Source: Octopus vulgaris
Taxonomy: Eukaryota
Direction: 5' to 3'
Assembly (NCBI GenBank): GCA_951406725.2
Contig: OX597823.1
Span: 5,146,001 to 5,210,000, forward strand
DNA length: 64,000 nt
Shown piece after piece: positions 38,638-51,500 of this stretch. Position numbers and translations under genes: made by a program. The first letter of the stretch is position 1. The number at the start of each line of letters is the position of its first letter. The notes under the pieces are model-generated. The model was not told the DNA's origin. It saw only the letters and a program-made list of their open reading frames with translations, and did not search any database.

Positions 38638-41600
38638 GCCTTGTCTGTAAACAAGCATCACCATCATACAAGCAATGTTGTTCATTTCCCATCTTCCCTG
38701 AAAACATGTCTGGTCATGTGGAAATATTACATTACTTGGAAAGATATGTTGGTAACAGGAAGGGCATCCAACTGAAAAATAATCTGCAGAAAAGTGGATG
38801 TTGAAATGATGATGATCTTTAAATTTTAGCTTATCTGGAATGTTCATATAGATGTTGAAGTAGCCATAGGTCACAGTGACGTCCAGTTAATGTATTCTCA
38901 GCTCTTATTTCATAGATTTTTAAAATAGCAAGAAGCAACGTTGATTTGATGGTGGTTTTGGTTCTTTGATAGTTTTCATGGAACAAAGATTACCGAAATA
39001 TAATGAAATAACAGCCTTTTGTGTTTTACCGTTTCTTTTCATGACTGCTTTAACCATTGATTGGAAATTGTGTTTATGTATGTGTGTGTGTGTGTGTGTA
39101 CTTGTATATACAAATGCTTCATTTGTTTTTGTGGATATCTGTAGGTATATATGTGTCAGAGAGAAACAGAGGGAGGGAGGGAGGAAAGTGTGTGTGCTTT
39201 ATAAGTTAAAGATGGAGGGACAATGCCCATAACCTTTGCAGGTAGTCCTGGAATGGCAGGATTTGATGGGCTCAATGCAGAGTTGAAACATCTGTAGGTT
39301 CTTATCAGTTGGAAAAATCTAGTTGAGGAAGAAATTGAGGGACTGGTGAAAATGTTTGCAACAGAGTGAACTTCAAGTAACTGAGAACGGGGTATTAAAC
39401 CTAGTCATGTTAGTCTGGCTGTGTGTGTGTGTGTGTGTAGATGAGAAAGAATACATTTGTGTGTGAGGGAGAGAGAGAGAGATATGAATGGAAGACAAAT
39501 GTGAGATTTCTACAAAGTAGCCTAGGGTAAATAAATTATTCTAAATATTAGCACACTTGACAGTAGCAAGTTGGCAGAATTGTTAGCATGCTGGTCAAAA
39601 TGGATTTCATCCATCTTTGTTCTGAGTTCAAATTCCACCAAGGTCAACTTAGCTTTTCATCCTTTAGGGGTCAATAAAAAAGTCCCAGCTGAGCACTTGG
39701 GTCAATGTAATTCATTTATGCTCTCCTTGAAATTGCTGGCCTTGTGCCATAATTTGAAATCAGTATTAACCCTCTTGTTGCCTTATTTCTGTTGAAATAC
39801 ACAGCCTTTGTTTCAATTAATTTAAAAAGTAATTCATAAAAAAAAAATTCTATATTAAGCTGGTGCTTGGATCATATAAATTAACATTAAATTTTGATGG
39901 CAGGTTTTAATTTACAGGAAATTTGTGTCATAGAATTAGGATCAGTCTCAGGTGGGTTGATATGAAAAGGATTAAAATATATGTAACAAAAAAAAAAAAA
40001 GAAAAAAGATTAGCCATTTATGTCTTTATTTTTGTTTTAGAAATCTTTCAAGTTTAATTTTCCTCTCAAACAGGTTCTTTAGATTACATGCCTAAAACCA
40101 GGAAACTCTTGACCAACAATGGTGCTTTCTTCAATAATTCTTTTGTTTCAACACCAATGTGTTGTCCATCTCGGAGTACATTATTGACTGGTATGTACAG
40201 CCATAACCATAATGTTTTCACTAACAATGAAAACTGTTCCTCCACACAATGGCAGCAGAATTACGAGACCAGGAGTTTTGCTACATATCTGAGTGACCAA
40301 GGTTATCGAACTGGTAAGTGGCTGTGGTCAATACACTGACCAGCTTTCATTGCATTCAATATTGCTCTCCACTTTACTAGCAGACTTTTTTAGTTTCTTT
40401 TTCTTTCTTTTTGTTGTTGTTAAATGCTATTTCATGTTAAGTTTGGTCCAATGCATGTTGTGTAAAACACTAAGAAAACTCTTAGAATATAATTTAATGT
40501 TTCACCTACTTCTCTTTGTGGTTGTATTGATTACAGAAATTGTTTCTGTTGCTTATGCTTCCTCTTTTTATTTATTCCTTATTTTTTGGTTTTTGGTATT
40601 GACTAATCAACACTACATATATCTAATTATTCACTGGATTGGAATGATTTTAAGATTGACATGAGCAATTTATTGCTACATTTCCCTGATATATTTTGAC
40701 TTTCTTCCTTATTTAACCTTTTCCTTACCATGTTTCAGTTGAAATGCACTGGCTTAATTTCAGTTCATTTTGAAAATAATGAATTTAATAAAATAACTTT
40801 TGTTATTATTAAGCTGGTTTTTGGAACAAATTAACATGAAATTTTGATGGGGAGGTTTTAATGTAAATCACTTTAACCTTTTGTTACTATATTTCTTTGT
40901 TCTAATTAATTTTGGAAATAATGAATTTAATAAAATAACTTGGACGTTATTGAGATGGTGTTTGGAATATAAATTTACATGAAATTTTGATGGACAGTTT
41001 TAATTTAGCCCTCTTTAAAATGGGAAGTTCCTTAGAACCAGGGGTAGTCTCAGGCAGGTTGCTATCAAAAAGGTTAAAATCAACCATTTAAAATCTAGTA
41101 AATCTGGTTACATTCATAGCGAATATATGGCTAAAATGAAAATTATATTTGGTATCTTTCTAAAGTAACACCTGGCTTACTCTTCTTTTCATTGTACATA
41201 AAAAACTTCCGCAAGAAAGTTAATAGTCTGTAACACAAGCTTTTAAAACATGAAGCCCTCTAATCATTAACTTGAAATTTGTTTACATTTTAAAGTAAAA
41301 TAAATCAATATTTTATTTATATATTTTATATGCTTATTTGAAATTCCATTTGAGAAATTTGATAACTTGAAGCTAATATATTCGGTTTTCTTTTACATTT
41401 TCAGGTTATTTTGGGAAATATCTTAATGAATATAACGGCTCTTATATTCCTCCTGGCTGGAGAGAATGGATGGGGCTTATACGCAATTCTCGATTTTATA
41501 ATTATTCTGTCAATTTTAATGGTAAAAAGATGAAGCATGGTGATAACTATTATGAAGACTATTTCACAGACCTCATCGCCAACGACAGTGTTACGTTTCT

Positions 41601-44600
41601 CAAACAGAGTAAACAGCTATTTCAGAATAAGTACGTTTTTAGTTTTATGGGTTTTATTTTTCTTCATAATCTCTTTCTTCATTATTTGCTTACATTTTGG
41701 GAATTATTTTATGATAAAATACTTTTGGGAAATATACTGTTTTGGTGTTTTAATTCCAAGCTTTTAAAAGAAAAATCCTCCCCCTCCTCCTCCACCACCA
41801 CCACCACTGCCTCCTCCTCCTCCACCACCACCACCACCACCACTGCCTCCTCCTCCTCCTCATCATCATCATCACCACCACCACAATTTTAATGACCATT
41901 TTTCCATGCTTGCATGGGTCAGATGGAAATTGTTGAGGCAGATTTTCTATGGCCGGATGCCCTTCCTGTTGCCAAGCATGGTAATATTTCTCCCTAGTTG
42001 GACATGTTTACATGAATCTTGCTAATAGTGACACTTGCTTCACATCTTTCATACAATCTGAAGACAATGACTCACATCATCATCATCGTCAACCCATATT
42101 AGGGATGGATGGTTTGATAGGATCTGACAAACCAGAAGACTGTCAGGCTCTAGTGTCTGCTTTGACCTTCCAAACACCAACAACTTTATACAGTGTACTG
42201 GGTACATTTTTTTGTGGCACCAGCTTTATGAAAGGAGACACAGCATAGTGGATGAAATAGTGCTCCCAGAAGACGTGAGACCGAGAGTTATAGTGGAGGG
42301 CAGGCCGCTGATATGTTACACATGTGGAGAAAAGGGCCACATGAAGGCATGGTGCACCCAGAGAAAACAACAGCCAGAGCAGGTGGAGAGACAGGAGCGC
42401 ATGAACCAGGTAGTTACAGGTGAAGGCAACAGAGGAAGAATTCACTGTGGTTAAAAAAAGAAGGAGGAGCGGAGAAATGGGTTCTCCGCCAGAGAAGCAG
42501 AAAAAGAAGAGAGAAGAGGTGAGAAAAAAGATTATGAAGGTGGCCAGCAAGGAGGAAGAAAAAATGGTTGTAGATAAAGAAAGTAAAAAGAAAGCCGAAA
42601 AAGTGGAGTTACGTAAGGGAGAGTCACCAGTAAAGATAACAGTTGCTCGAGTGGAGGAAGGAGATTCAGAAGGTGAGATGGAGAGACTGTTTAGAGTGGA
42701 GGAAGAAAAGAGGGTAGAAAGAATCCAGCAAGAAAAAAAGAAAGAAAATACGAGGAGGGAATGGTCAATGGTATTATGTGATGTACCCCAAAAAACATCA
42801 AAACGGAAAAGAAAATAATTAAGTTCCAATTAACAGTAATCGTACATCTATGCAGAAGATATGAAGGCAATAGTAATTGAAAAGGACAACTACAAGAAAT
42901 TAAAGGAGATGTGTGGAGACAGTATTGAGCCACCAGGAGTGAGGGTGGAATTCAAAGAATTACCACCAGTAGTGGAACTAAGAGACATAGAAGCACTCAT
43001 GAAATATTATTAAATAGAAAAAATAAGTATGCGAAATTGTGTTATTGAAAAAGTAGGAAAAAAGAAAAAACAAGAGTGAAATGTTTTATGTTATCATTAA
43101 GGAAAAATAACAGAAATAAAGAAAAAAACAATAAGGAAAAAAAAACAATTCTAGACAATGTATATAAAGGTTCAAATGGGAGTGGGGCCCATGTGACCAT
43201 TTTCATTCTTTATTTTTATATAATTCCATCTCATATGTTCCCACTGTGGTGTTGTGTCTGTTCTTGTGGTGTCCCTTTCTGTGTTTGGGGCCTTGTGCCT
43301 AATAAAGAAACAGAAAGGAGACACAAGCACTTTTACACATTCAACCACAAGGCCATAGCAGAAGACACATGCCCAAGGTAGCATGCAATGGGACTGAACA
43401 TGAAACCATGTGGTTGAGAAGCAAGCTTACCAGCCCCCCCCCCCCCTTCCAGCCACGTATATATTTACACACACATGTATACAGTGGGCTTCTTTCAGTT
43501 TCTATCTACCAAATTCACTTGCAAGGCCTATGTTGGCCTGGAGCTGTAGCAGATGATATCTGCCCAAGATGCCACATAATGAAATTGAACCTGAAACCTT
43601 GGGGTCTGGAAGCAAGCTCCTTAACTCAACACCTATTCCATATCCTTTTAACAATTTTGTTTCTTTGTAATTCCTTGTTGTCTCTTTCTACAGTTTGGTT
43701 TAATTTGGCCTAATTTGTTTTTCCTTTAGACCCGTCCTGATGGTTTTGAGTGTACCAGCACCCCACGGAACAGAAGATGCAGCACCCCAGTACCAGCATC
43801 TATTTGCTAATGCAACATCTCACAGGTATACTCACTTGGTCAACATGTAATTAAAGTACATTTAACAGGTATATAGACTTGATCAACATATCGTTAGAGT
43901 ACAAGCTGGACATACATAGATTTTTGGTCAGCCTGTAATTAAGGTAGATTTTTGGAAATACATAAATTTGATTAATAATTAATTAGGATGCTTTTACATC
44001 TTTATTCTACTTGCAGTGTTTGTTTTAATGTTTCGAGATCTTTATTCTCTGCCGCATGAGTATTCTCCTGACTCGGGGAATGGTGTTTTTGTGTGTATTG
44101 GCTCTATTCTTTGGGATGTATTTAATGCATATGGCTTGCATTATTGACTTGAATTTATTGAGTTTCACATCTATGTTTTGCATAGAGAAGCTTTTAGGCC
44201 AGTCCTGTTGGAGTATCTATTTCTCAAGTGACTTCCAGTCAGCCTTATAGAAATTTAGGCTGGATAGGGTTTGAGTGCCATCTGTGCAGAGTTTATCTTT
44301 AGTTAATTCCGGGCCATACATTTTCAGTTCTATCATGTTATGGTCTGAGAATATTGCCAGTGATATATTTACGCTGTGGATAATTTCTACATTGTTTTTA
44401 AAACAGAGGTCCTGGATATTTTTGTGCCTGGTTGGAGAGAGTAATGTTCTGCTCTATGAATAGCATTTTCGTAAGATCAAGTAGAGATTCTGCTTGATTT
44501 CATTCCTTGTGTGTCATTCCTGGGGTTATGTTGCCCTCAGGCCACCTGATGTTGGGGAGGTTGAAGTCACCCTTCAGGAATCTAGTAGTACATTGATCCA

Positions 44601-45503
44601 GTTGCGTTAGTATTTCTGTTATCACACTGAAGCTTTCCTCAAATTTTCCTTCATGATTTGAGGCATCAGGTGGGCGATATAGTGTGCATATGACTATACC
44701 AAGTTGCTTTAGATGTATTATGAGTGTGTCGCACACTGAGTTCGATAACAGGGTTAATGGTGTGTCATCTTTGCGGATGCACATTGCAACTCCACCATGA
44801 CTTCTGTCTGTACAGAAGATAGCATACATTGGTATGTGCATCTCCACATCATTTATGCCTGCAGACAAATGTGTTTCTGTAAGTGCAATGCATATAACTT
44901 GATTGCATGCAGAAGAATTCTTCAGGTGTGCAATTTTGCATTTGCATTTGTTCTGTAGCAAGCCTCTTATATTTATTAGGAGAAATTGGATGCATGAAAA
45001 ATTTATTTGTATGTTAAAAAATGTTGAAAAACTTCTTTTAGAAACATTACAATACAAATAAATTGATTATAAGTTTTAAAGCTGAAAAATAATTTAAAAA
45101 ACCTACATTTGCTTCTGTGCTATCCCCTAGTTAATTAGAAACTTTAAGCATTTAGTTAAATGCTAAGAAAAAAATCATATTCTAACTATATGGGGTAGAA
45201 CTTCTTCAAGGTTTTTATGAACTTGTAGGGCTTAGGTTAATGTTTTTGAAGGATGCATGGAGAGTCTTAAAAACCCTGAAGAAGTAAAGTTTCTAAAAGA
45301 AATTTTTCAACATTTTTTAACATACAAATAAATTTTCCATACATCCAATTCTCTCCTTTTGCTATCCTTCAATATTAATAATATATATAATTACAATAAT
45401 CCGTAACATATACAAGTGATTTTTGCATTATATGATAGAGATTAACCAGTGGAATGTCTTGGATTATATAATCCCTAATGGGGTTATAACTCCCTCTAAT
45501 TGA

Positions 45504-45555
<52 letters not shown>

Positions 45556-48500
45556 ACACAACTCTAGAAATTCCTATTTGTTGGTATGTTTATAACTGAA
45601 TTGTCAAGTTTGTTATTGTTGATTGGCGTATATTAACACATTAAAGTGGAAACCAGTTTGATATTAAGAATAGACAAAACTTGTTGGTGTTTGTGATTTT
45701 TCGTTTCATTGCATTTCCCTGTATTCGGCATAACAACAAGATTCAACTATCAAACAATGCGAAAGCTTTTAGCTCCTCTCTCTGTTTATATGTGTGTGTG
45801 TGTGTGTGTCTTTGTGTCTATTCACACATGCAAATGTAATTGGTAATAACTGCTGAATTTTGCTACACACACACAAAAAAAAGAAAAGAAAAGCCATTCA
45901 AGCTACCGCATCTGGTTTTCTGGAGTTAGTGACTCAGCAACATGTTAACAAAGCAGTTTTCTCTGTGCTGTGTGTGTCAGTAATGTATGTATCTAGACCC
46001 TGTGATTTGTCAAAAACTTAATAATAGACCAGATGGCTGAAGGAATATTGGCATTTAACCTCACTCCTTTTTGACAAACACACACACACACACACAAACA
46101 ACATACCTTGCTTCTTTCCTTTTTCTCATTAACTAAAAAAATGCTTTTTATGTGAAACATAAACCACTATTTCTCTCCCATTTTTCTTTTCCGCTTTTAT
46201 TTATCTTTCTGTTCAATTTCTAATTAATTGCTTTGATCGTTGGAAATTTTAGTTTTGTTTTGTTTTGATTTCATGTTTAATAGCAAAATATATGAACAAC
46301 ATTTTTTGTAAGAAAACAGAAATCCCATTTAATTATTTTTTTTTAAATTAATGAATCTGGCAATTTCTTCTTATAATTTTTTTGTATAAAAATGGTAAAG
46401 TTAATGTTGAGTTTTAGACTCAAGTAATTTTTGTCATGATGAAATAAAATTTAAGATGAATGGCTAGAGGTGCAGGCATGACTGTGTGGTTAAGAAACTT
46501 GCTCTGCAACCATGAGATTTTGAGTTCAGTCCCACTGTGCAGCACTTTGAACAAGTTTCTCCTATTATATAGCTCCAGGCTGATTGATACTTTGTTAATG
46601 AATTTGGTTGTCCCAAACTGTGTGAAACATCTTGTGTGTGTGTGTGTCCCCGTGTCTGTGTCCCTCCATACAGCTTGACAACTGGTGTTTTGTTTACATC
46701 CCTGCAACTTAGTGGTTTGGCAAAAGTGACTCCTAGATTAAGCAGCAGACTTACGTCCTAGGGTTGGTTGGTTCAACTAAAAACCTTTCAAGGCAGTCAG
46801 CAGCCCTGCATGACTGAAACAGGAAACCAGTAAAAGACAAATGATTATGACAGTGATTTAGAAAGATATGAGATCACCTTACGAGGACCAGATCTCTCTT
46901 AATGGAAACATGAATAAAATGTTATGTAAATAACATAGGTACAGGCATAGCTGTGTGGTAAAGAGGTTGCTTCCTAACCACATGGTCCCAAGTTCAGTCC
47001 CACTGTGTGGCATCTTGGGCAAGTGTCTCTCACTACATCCTCAGGCCAACCAAAGCCTCATGAGTAGATTTGCTCAATGGAAACTGAAAGAAGCATGTTG
47101 CGTGTGTGTGTTTGTCTTCCACTACCACTTGACAATTGCTGTTAGTGTGTTGATGTCCCTGTATCTTGGGAGTTCGATCAAAGAAACCAACAGACTAAGC
47201 ACCAGGCTTAAAAACAATAAGCACTGGGGTTGATTCATTTGACTAAAAATTCTTCAAGGCTGTGCCTCAACATGGCCACAGTCTAAGGACTAAAACAAGT
47301 ATGAGAAAATACTCCCTGCATTTTAAGGACTAGTATTTAGCTTTAGTTTCAAGGAACCATTATCATAAGACCTTTTAAACCCATGCATGCCACCGTCTAT
47401 CTCAATCTTGCACTAGTTGAGGGAGGTCTTTGGGCCGGCTTCCAATGCTTCTGGTGACTTGATTTACATACATTGTGTTTGGATGACTTGCTCTAGTATG
47501 GCCATGCTTTGGCATCCATAGCAGCTCTTGTTTAGCTCACCAACAATGTCCAGCAACGTGCAAGCGCTTTTCCCTTTATGATGGTGGAAGGTAACAGTTC
47601 CTAGCAATATGGTAACTATTTTTTGAGAAGTGAGCTGAAGCAAAAATGTTTTTCTCAGAAACACACATCAAAACACTTGCAGTGAATTTGAACTCATCTA
47701 TGTAGTGAGTCCAAGATCTTATTTACTCAATCAATCTAAACTTTGTCCTTAATGAAGGTAGATACGACACTAATCACTTAACATGTGTGTTACTGTTATT
47801 CTAGTAGTTTGGTGGAAAATCTTGAGCTTATTGAAATTTGAACTCAGAAACCTCATGCCTCTTATTTGAATGTCATGCAAAACTTAAAGATATATCTTTC
47901 CTCCTTTTCCTGTGATAGCTTCACCTTTCTTGGAGACAGTTGAAGAATTTTACTCAATATTACATTCTAAAAGTCATTGCTTTAGAAATAGAAACATGAA
48001 TTAATAAGAGAAAAATAGATAAAGTCACTAGAAGGATTTAATTATCTATGGATAAGAAAGTGTAACTTTGCAAATAAATTTCAGCATTCCATACTTTAAT
48101 TAGTATCTGCACCATTATCACTCTTATTTATTTTCCTGTTCTGCATGATGCCATAATGTTGAGACATTTTACCAAATTATCTCAATCCATTTACTTTATT
48201 TCATTTGTAATCTTTAACTATTCCAGTTAATCCTTTATTAGTTCTACCGTTTCCTCTGACACAGTTCTTACTCTACATTCTTATCATATTTTCTAACAGA
48301 TTCTATTTTCCTTCTTCAAAAGCAACATAGCTTTAATCCCCAGCTGTTTTCTTAATTCACTCAGTCTGTTAAGAATTTCACCTGTATTAATAGATATTTA
48401 TTAATATATTGTGCACCAACGGCAGAATATATTAATAGATGTACAAGAAAAGACAAGATCCTATTAAAATATCAGTACACAACAAATGGTTTATTTTCAA

Positions 48501-51500
48501 TTTCTACATGAATTTCTCTCCATGTTTGTTGGGAGGTCAGAGGTTATAGAGTTTTACATATTGGTAGTTAGCTATCCTCCCAGTTATGCAGCCTTGTGTA
48601 TTGGAAATTACAAGGAATGTTACATAATTTTTGAACACATAACATTGATCTACTCTGCCTTGGAATAGTATTTGTGTGTATATATATATATTTTACATTT
48701 CAATTTTTTCAATGTGAGGGTGTAGGTATGTATGCACCTAAGGAATGCAACTATATGTGTGCAGTGTTGTAACTGCAGCAATGTGTCAAAGCTTTTAGCA
48801 AACTGAATTGGTGACCTGAATTTAAATTTGCTGACATCATTTTTAACATTTAAGTTGTTTAACCCTTTAGTGTATGAACCAGCCATGTCCAGCCCAAATA
48901 TTCTGCCTGTTTTATGTTCAAACTAGTCAGATCCTGCCTTGCTGTGTCATTCTAAAAATAATCATCAATATCTTGAAGTTACAAAATAATGCAGAGATAC
49001 TTCAAAACAATGTGAATAGATAAGCATAACATGTGATTGAGCAATCTGAATGCTAAAAGGTTAAAACCTTGGAGGAGTCATGAACATCACTACCTCTTAT
49101 TTCTTTTCAGTTGTAAATATGAAACTTTACTTCTATCTAATAAATTATGACATATTTGTCTAGTTTCTGTTTTATTCACTAAACCTACTGGCTTTTATTT
49201 TTAAAGAACACCAAGTTGGAATTACGCTCCAAACAAAGACAAGCAATGGTTGCTTCAACACATGCAGAAAATGGAACCCATTCATCAGTTATTCACTGAT
49301 AGATTGCAGATGAAACGCCTCCAAACATTGCAGTCAGTTGATGATTTAGTTGAAAAGGTGAAACCTTCTAAACAATATGAATAATTCCTGTTTGCTTTTG
49401 GTTTTTGATTTCTTTACCTATTTCATACAGGAATTGTATGCAATACTTTTACTATATGATGGTGTCTACTTTTATTCTGTTGATTCCACTCTGACTGGGA
49501 TTACTCTTGGTTCTATGATACATTTTGTTGTAAAGTCATCTACAAAAAAAATCTTCCATTAAAGTTTCAAATTAATGTTCCAAACATCAGCTTAACAACA
49601 AGGTTATTTTTTATTGAATTCTTCATTTTCAAAATTGACTCAAAGACAGTGTATTTCAACAGAAATATGGTGAGAAAATGGTGAAACAGAGCTACGGTCA
49701 AAGGCATCCCAGCCATGACCATCCAATCATTTTTTTTTTTATTTAATCTTAGTAAATCCCAGACTACATCAACCAATGATGGTAGGGTGTGATTTAACTC
49801 TTCAGATATCAACCCACACAAGACTTTGGATCCATGATAAGAATTTCAATAAAAATTCTGTCATTTTAAATTCCAAACACCAGCTTAATACTGACAAATT
49901 TATTTTAGCAAATGTTTCCTTTTTTAAAAAAATTACTTGAGACAAAGACTGTATTTCAACAGAAATATGGCAAGAAAAGGGTTAAGAAGGAGTGATGATA
50001 TGAATCCGTTACCATCTGTGAATAGATTTGTAACTGTGTTGGTCCAAATGTATTCTTGTCTCTAGTTTCTGAAAATCACAGAACTTCTTTTCCTTTCCAA
50101 GTTATCAGATTGTGCCAAGAAGACAGCCAGGTTGAACTTGGCTTTATACAAAATGCCTTACTCCAGAGACTATTCATTTTAGCTCCAAGAGTAAGAGACT
50201 AGAACTATTTTGGTAATAGTTAGAGATGTCTGTTTGAGAGAGTCACTGTCAAAAGTTTACTTTGCTAACCTGGCCCTTATAGAATATTACCATTTGCTAA
50301 GATGGTAACAAAGGGTCTCTCTCTCAGAGTGAAAGGCAAATGCTATGATGCCTGTGTGTGAACAGCTATGCTACATGGCAGTGAAACATGGGCTGTGCTG
50401 AGGACATGTGTAGGCTTGAAAGAAATGAAGCTAGTATGCTTCACTGGATATGCAATGTCAGTGTGCATGCATGACAGTGTAAGCATCTTGGGAGAAAAGT
50501 TGGGCATAAGAAGCATCAGACGTGGTATGCAAGAGAGACAACTGCATTGGTATGGTCATGTGATGTGTATGGATGTGGACGTTTGTGTGAAGAAGTGCCG
50601 ATCTCTACCAGCAGAAGGAAGCTGTGGAAAAGGGAGACCCAGGAAGACATGGGATAAGGTGGTGAAGCATGATCTTTGAATGCTGGGCCTCATGGAGGCA
50701 ATGACGAGCAACTGAGATGTTTGGCGATATGCCATACTTGCAAAGACCCGTCAAGCCAAGTGAAATCATAGTTGTGGCCATTGTTGGTGTCATGTAACAG
50801 GCACATGTGCTGGTGGCACATAAAAGGCACCTTTTGAGTGTTGGACCTCACTGAAGCAATGTGGCCGATGCTGGTGTCACAGGCTAGCAACCATGCTGGT
50901 GGCGTGTAAAAGGCACCTTTTGAGTGCTGGGCCTCACAGAGGCAATGACAAATGACTGAGACCTTTGGCATCATGTGCTGTGTTTGAGAAGGAAGATCTA
51001 TCAAGCTGATAGAAATTGTAGTCATAGCAGATATTGGTGTCACACAACTGGCACCCGTGCCAGTGGCATGTAAAAGCACCCATTACACTCTCGGAGTGGT
51101 TGGCATTAGGAAAGGCATTCAGCCATAGAAACCATGCCAAATCAGACTGGAATCTGGTGCAACCCCTCAGCTTACCAGCTCCAGTCAAATTGTCCAACCC
51201 AATGCCAGCATGGACAACAGATGTTAAATGATGATGATGATGATGATGAAAGGAGTATCAAACTCCTTTTGGCATATTTCATTCCATAACTGACAAAATC
51301 ATTTTCTATTAAAATTGCTGCATCATTTTACTAAATACTAGGAAAATTATTTATGGAAAAGCAATTATATGGCAGCACCCCAGCATGGCCACAGGCTCTA
51401 GCTGAAACCAATAATAGAATAGAATAAGAGAATATATTTTATACATCAGGCACTGGCTGTGTGGTTAAGTAGTTTGCCGTAAGCTTCTTAAGTTGATCTT

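Noticed and set aside
41631-41892. Continuation of the exon 3 ORF into a Ser/Thr-rich tail
   Set aside because: Sulf similarity stops at the GT donor at 41631; the rest is intron with (CCT)/(CCA) repeats.
42143-42829. 228-aa - strand ORF rich in S/F/L
   Set aside because: Antisense shadow of the purine-rich knuckle element.
45930-45939. Single TGACTCAGCA (ARE/MARE-like) motif in an intron
   Set aside because: One short motif with no supporting context.
46938-47010. tRNA-like sequences at SINE heads
   Set aside because: Only degenerate A/B boxes, no intact cloverleaf, and always fused to SINE bodies.
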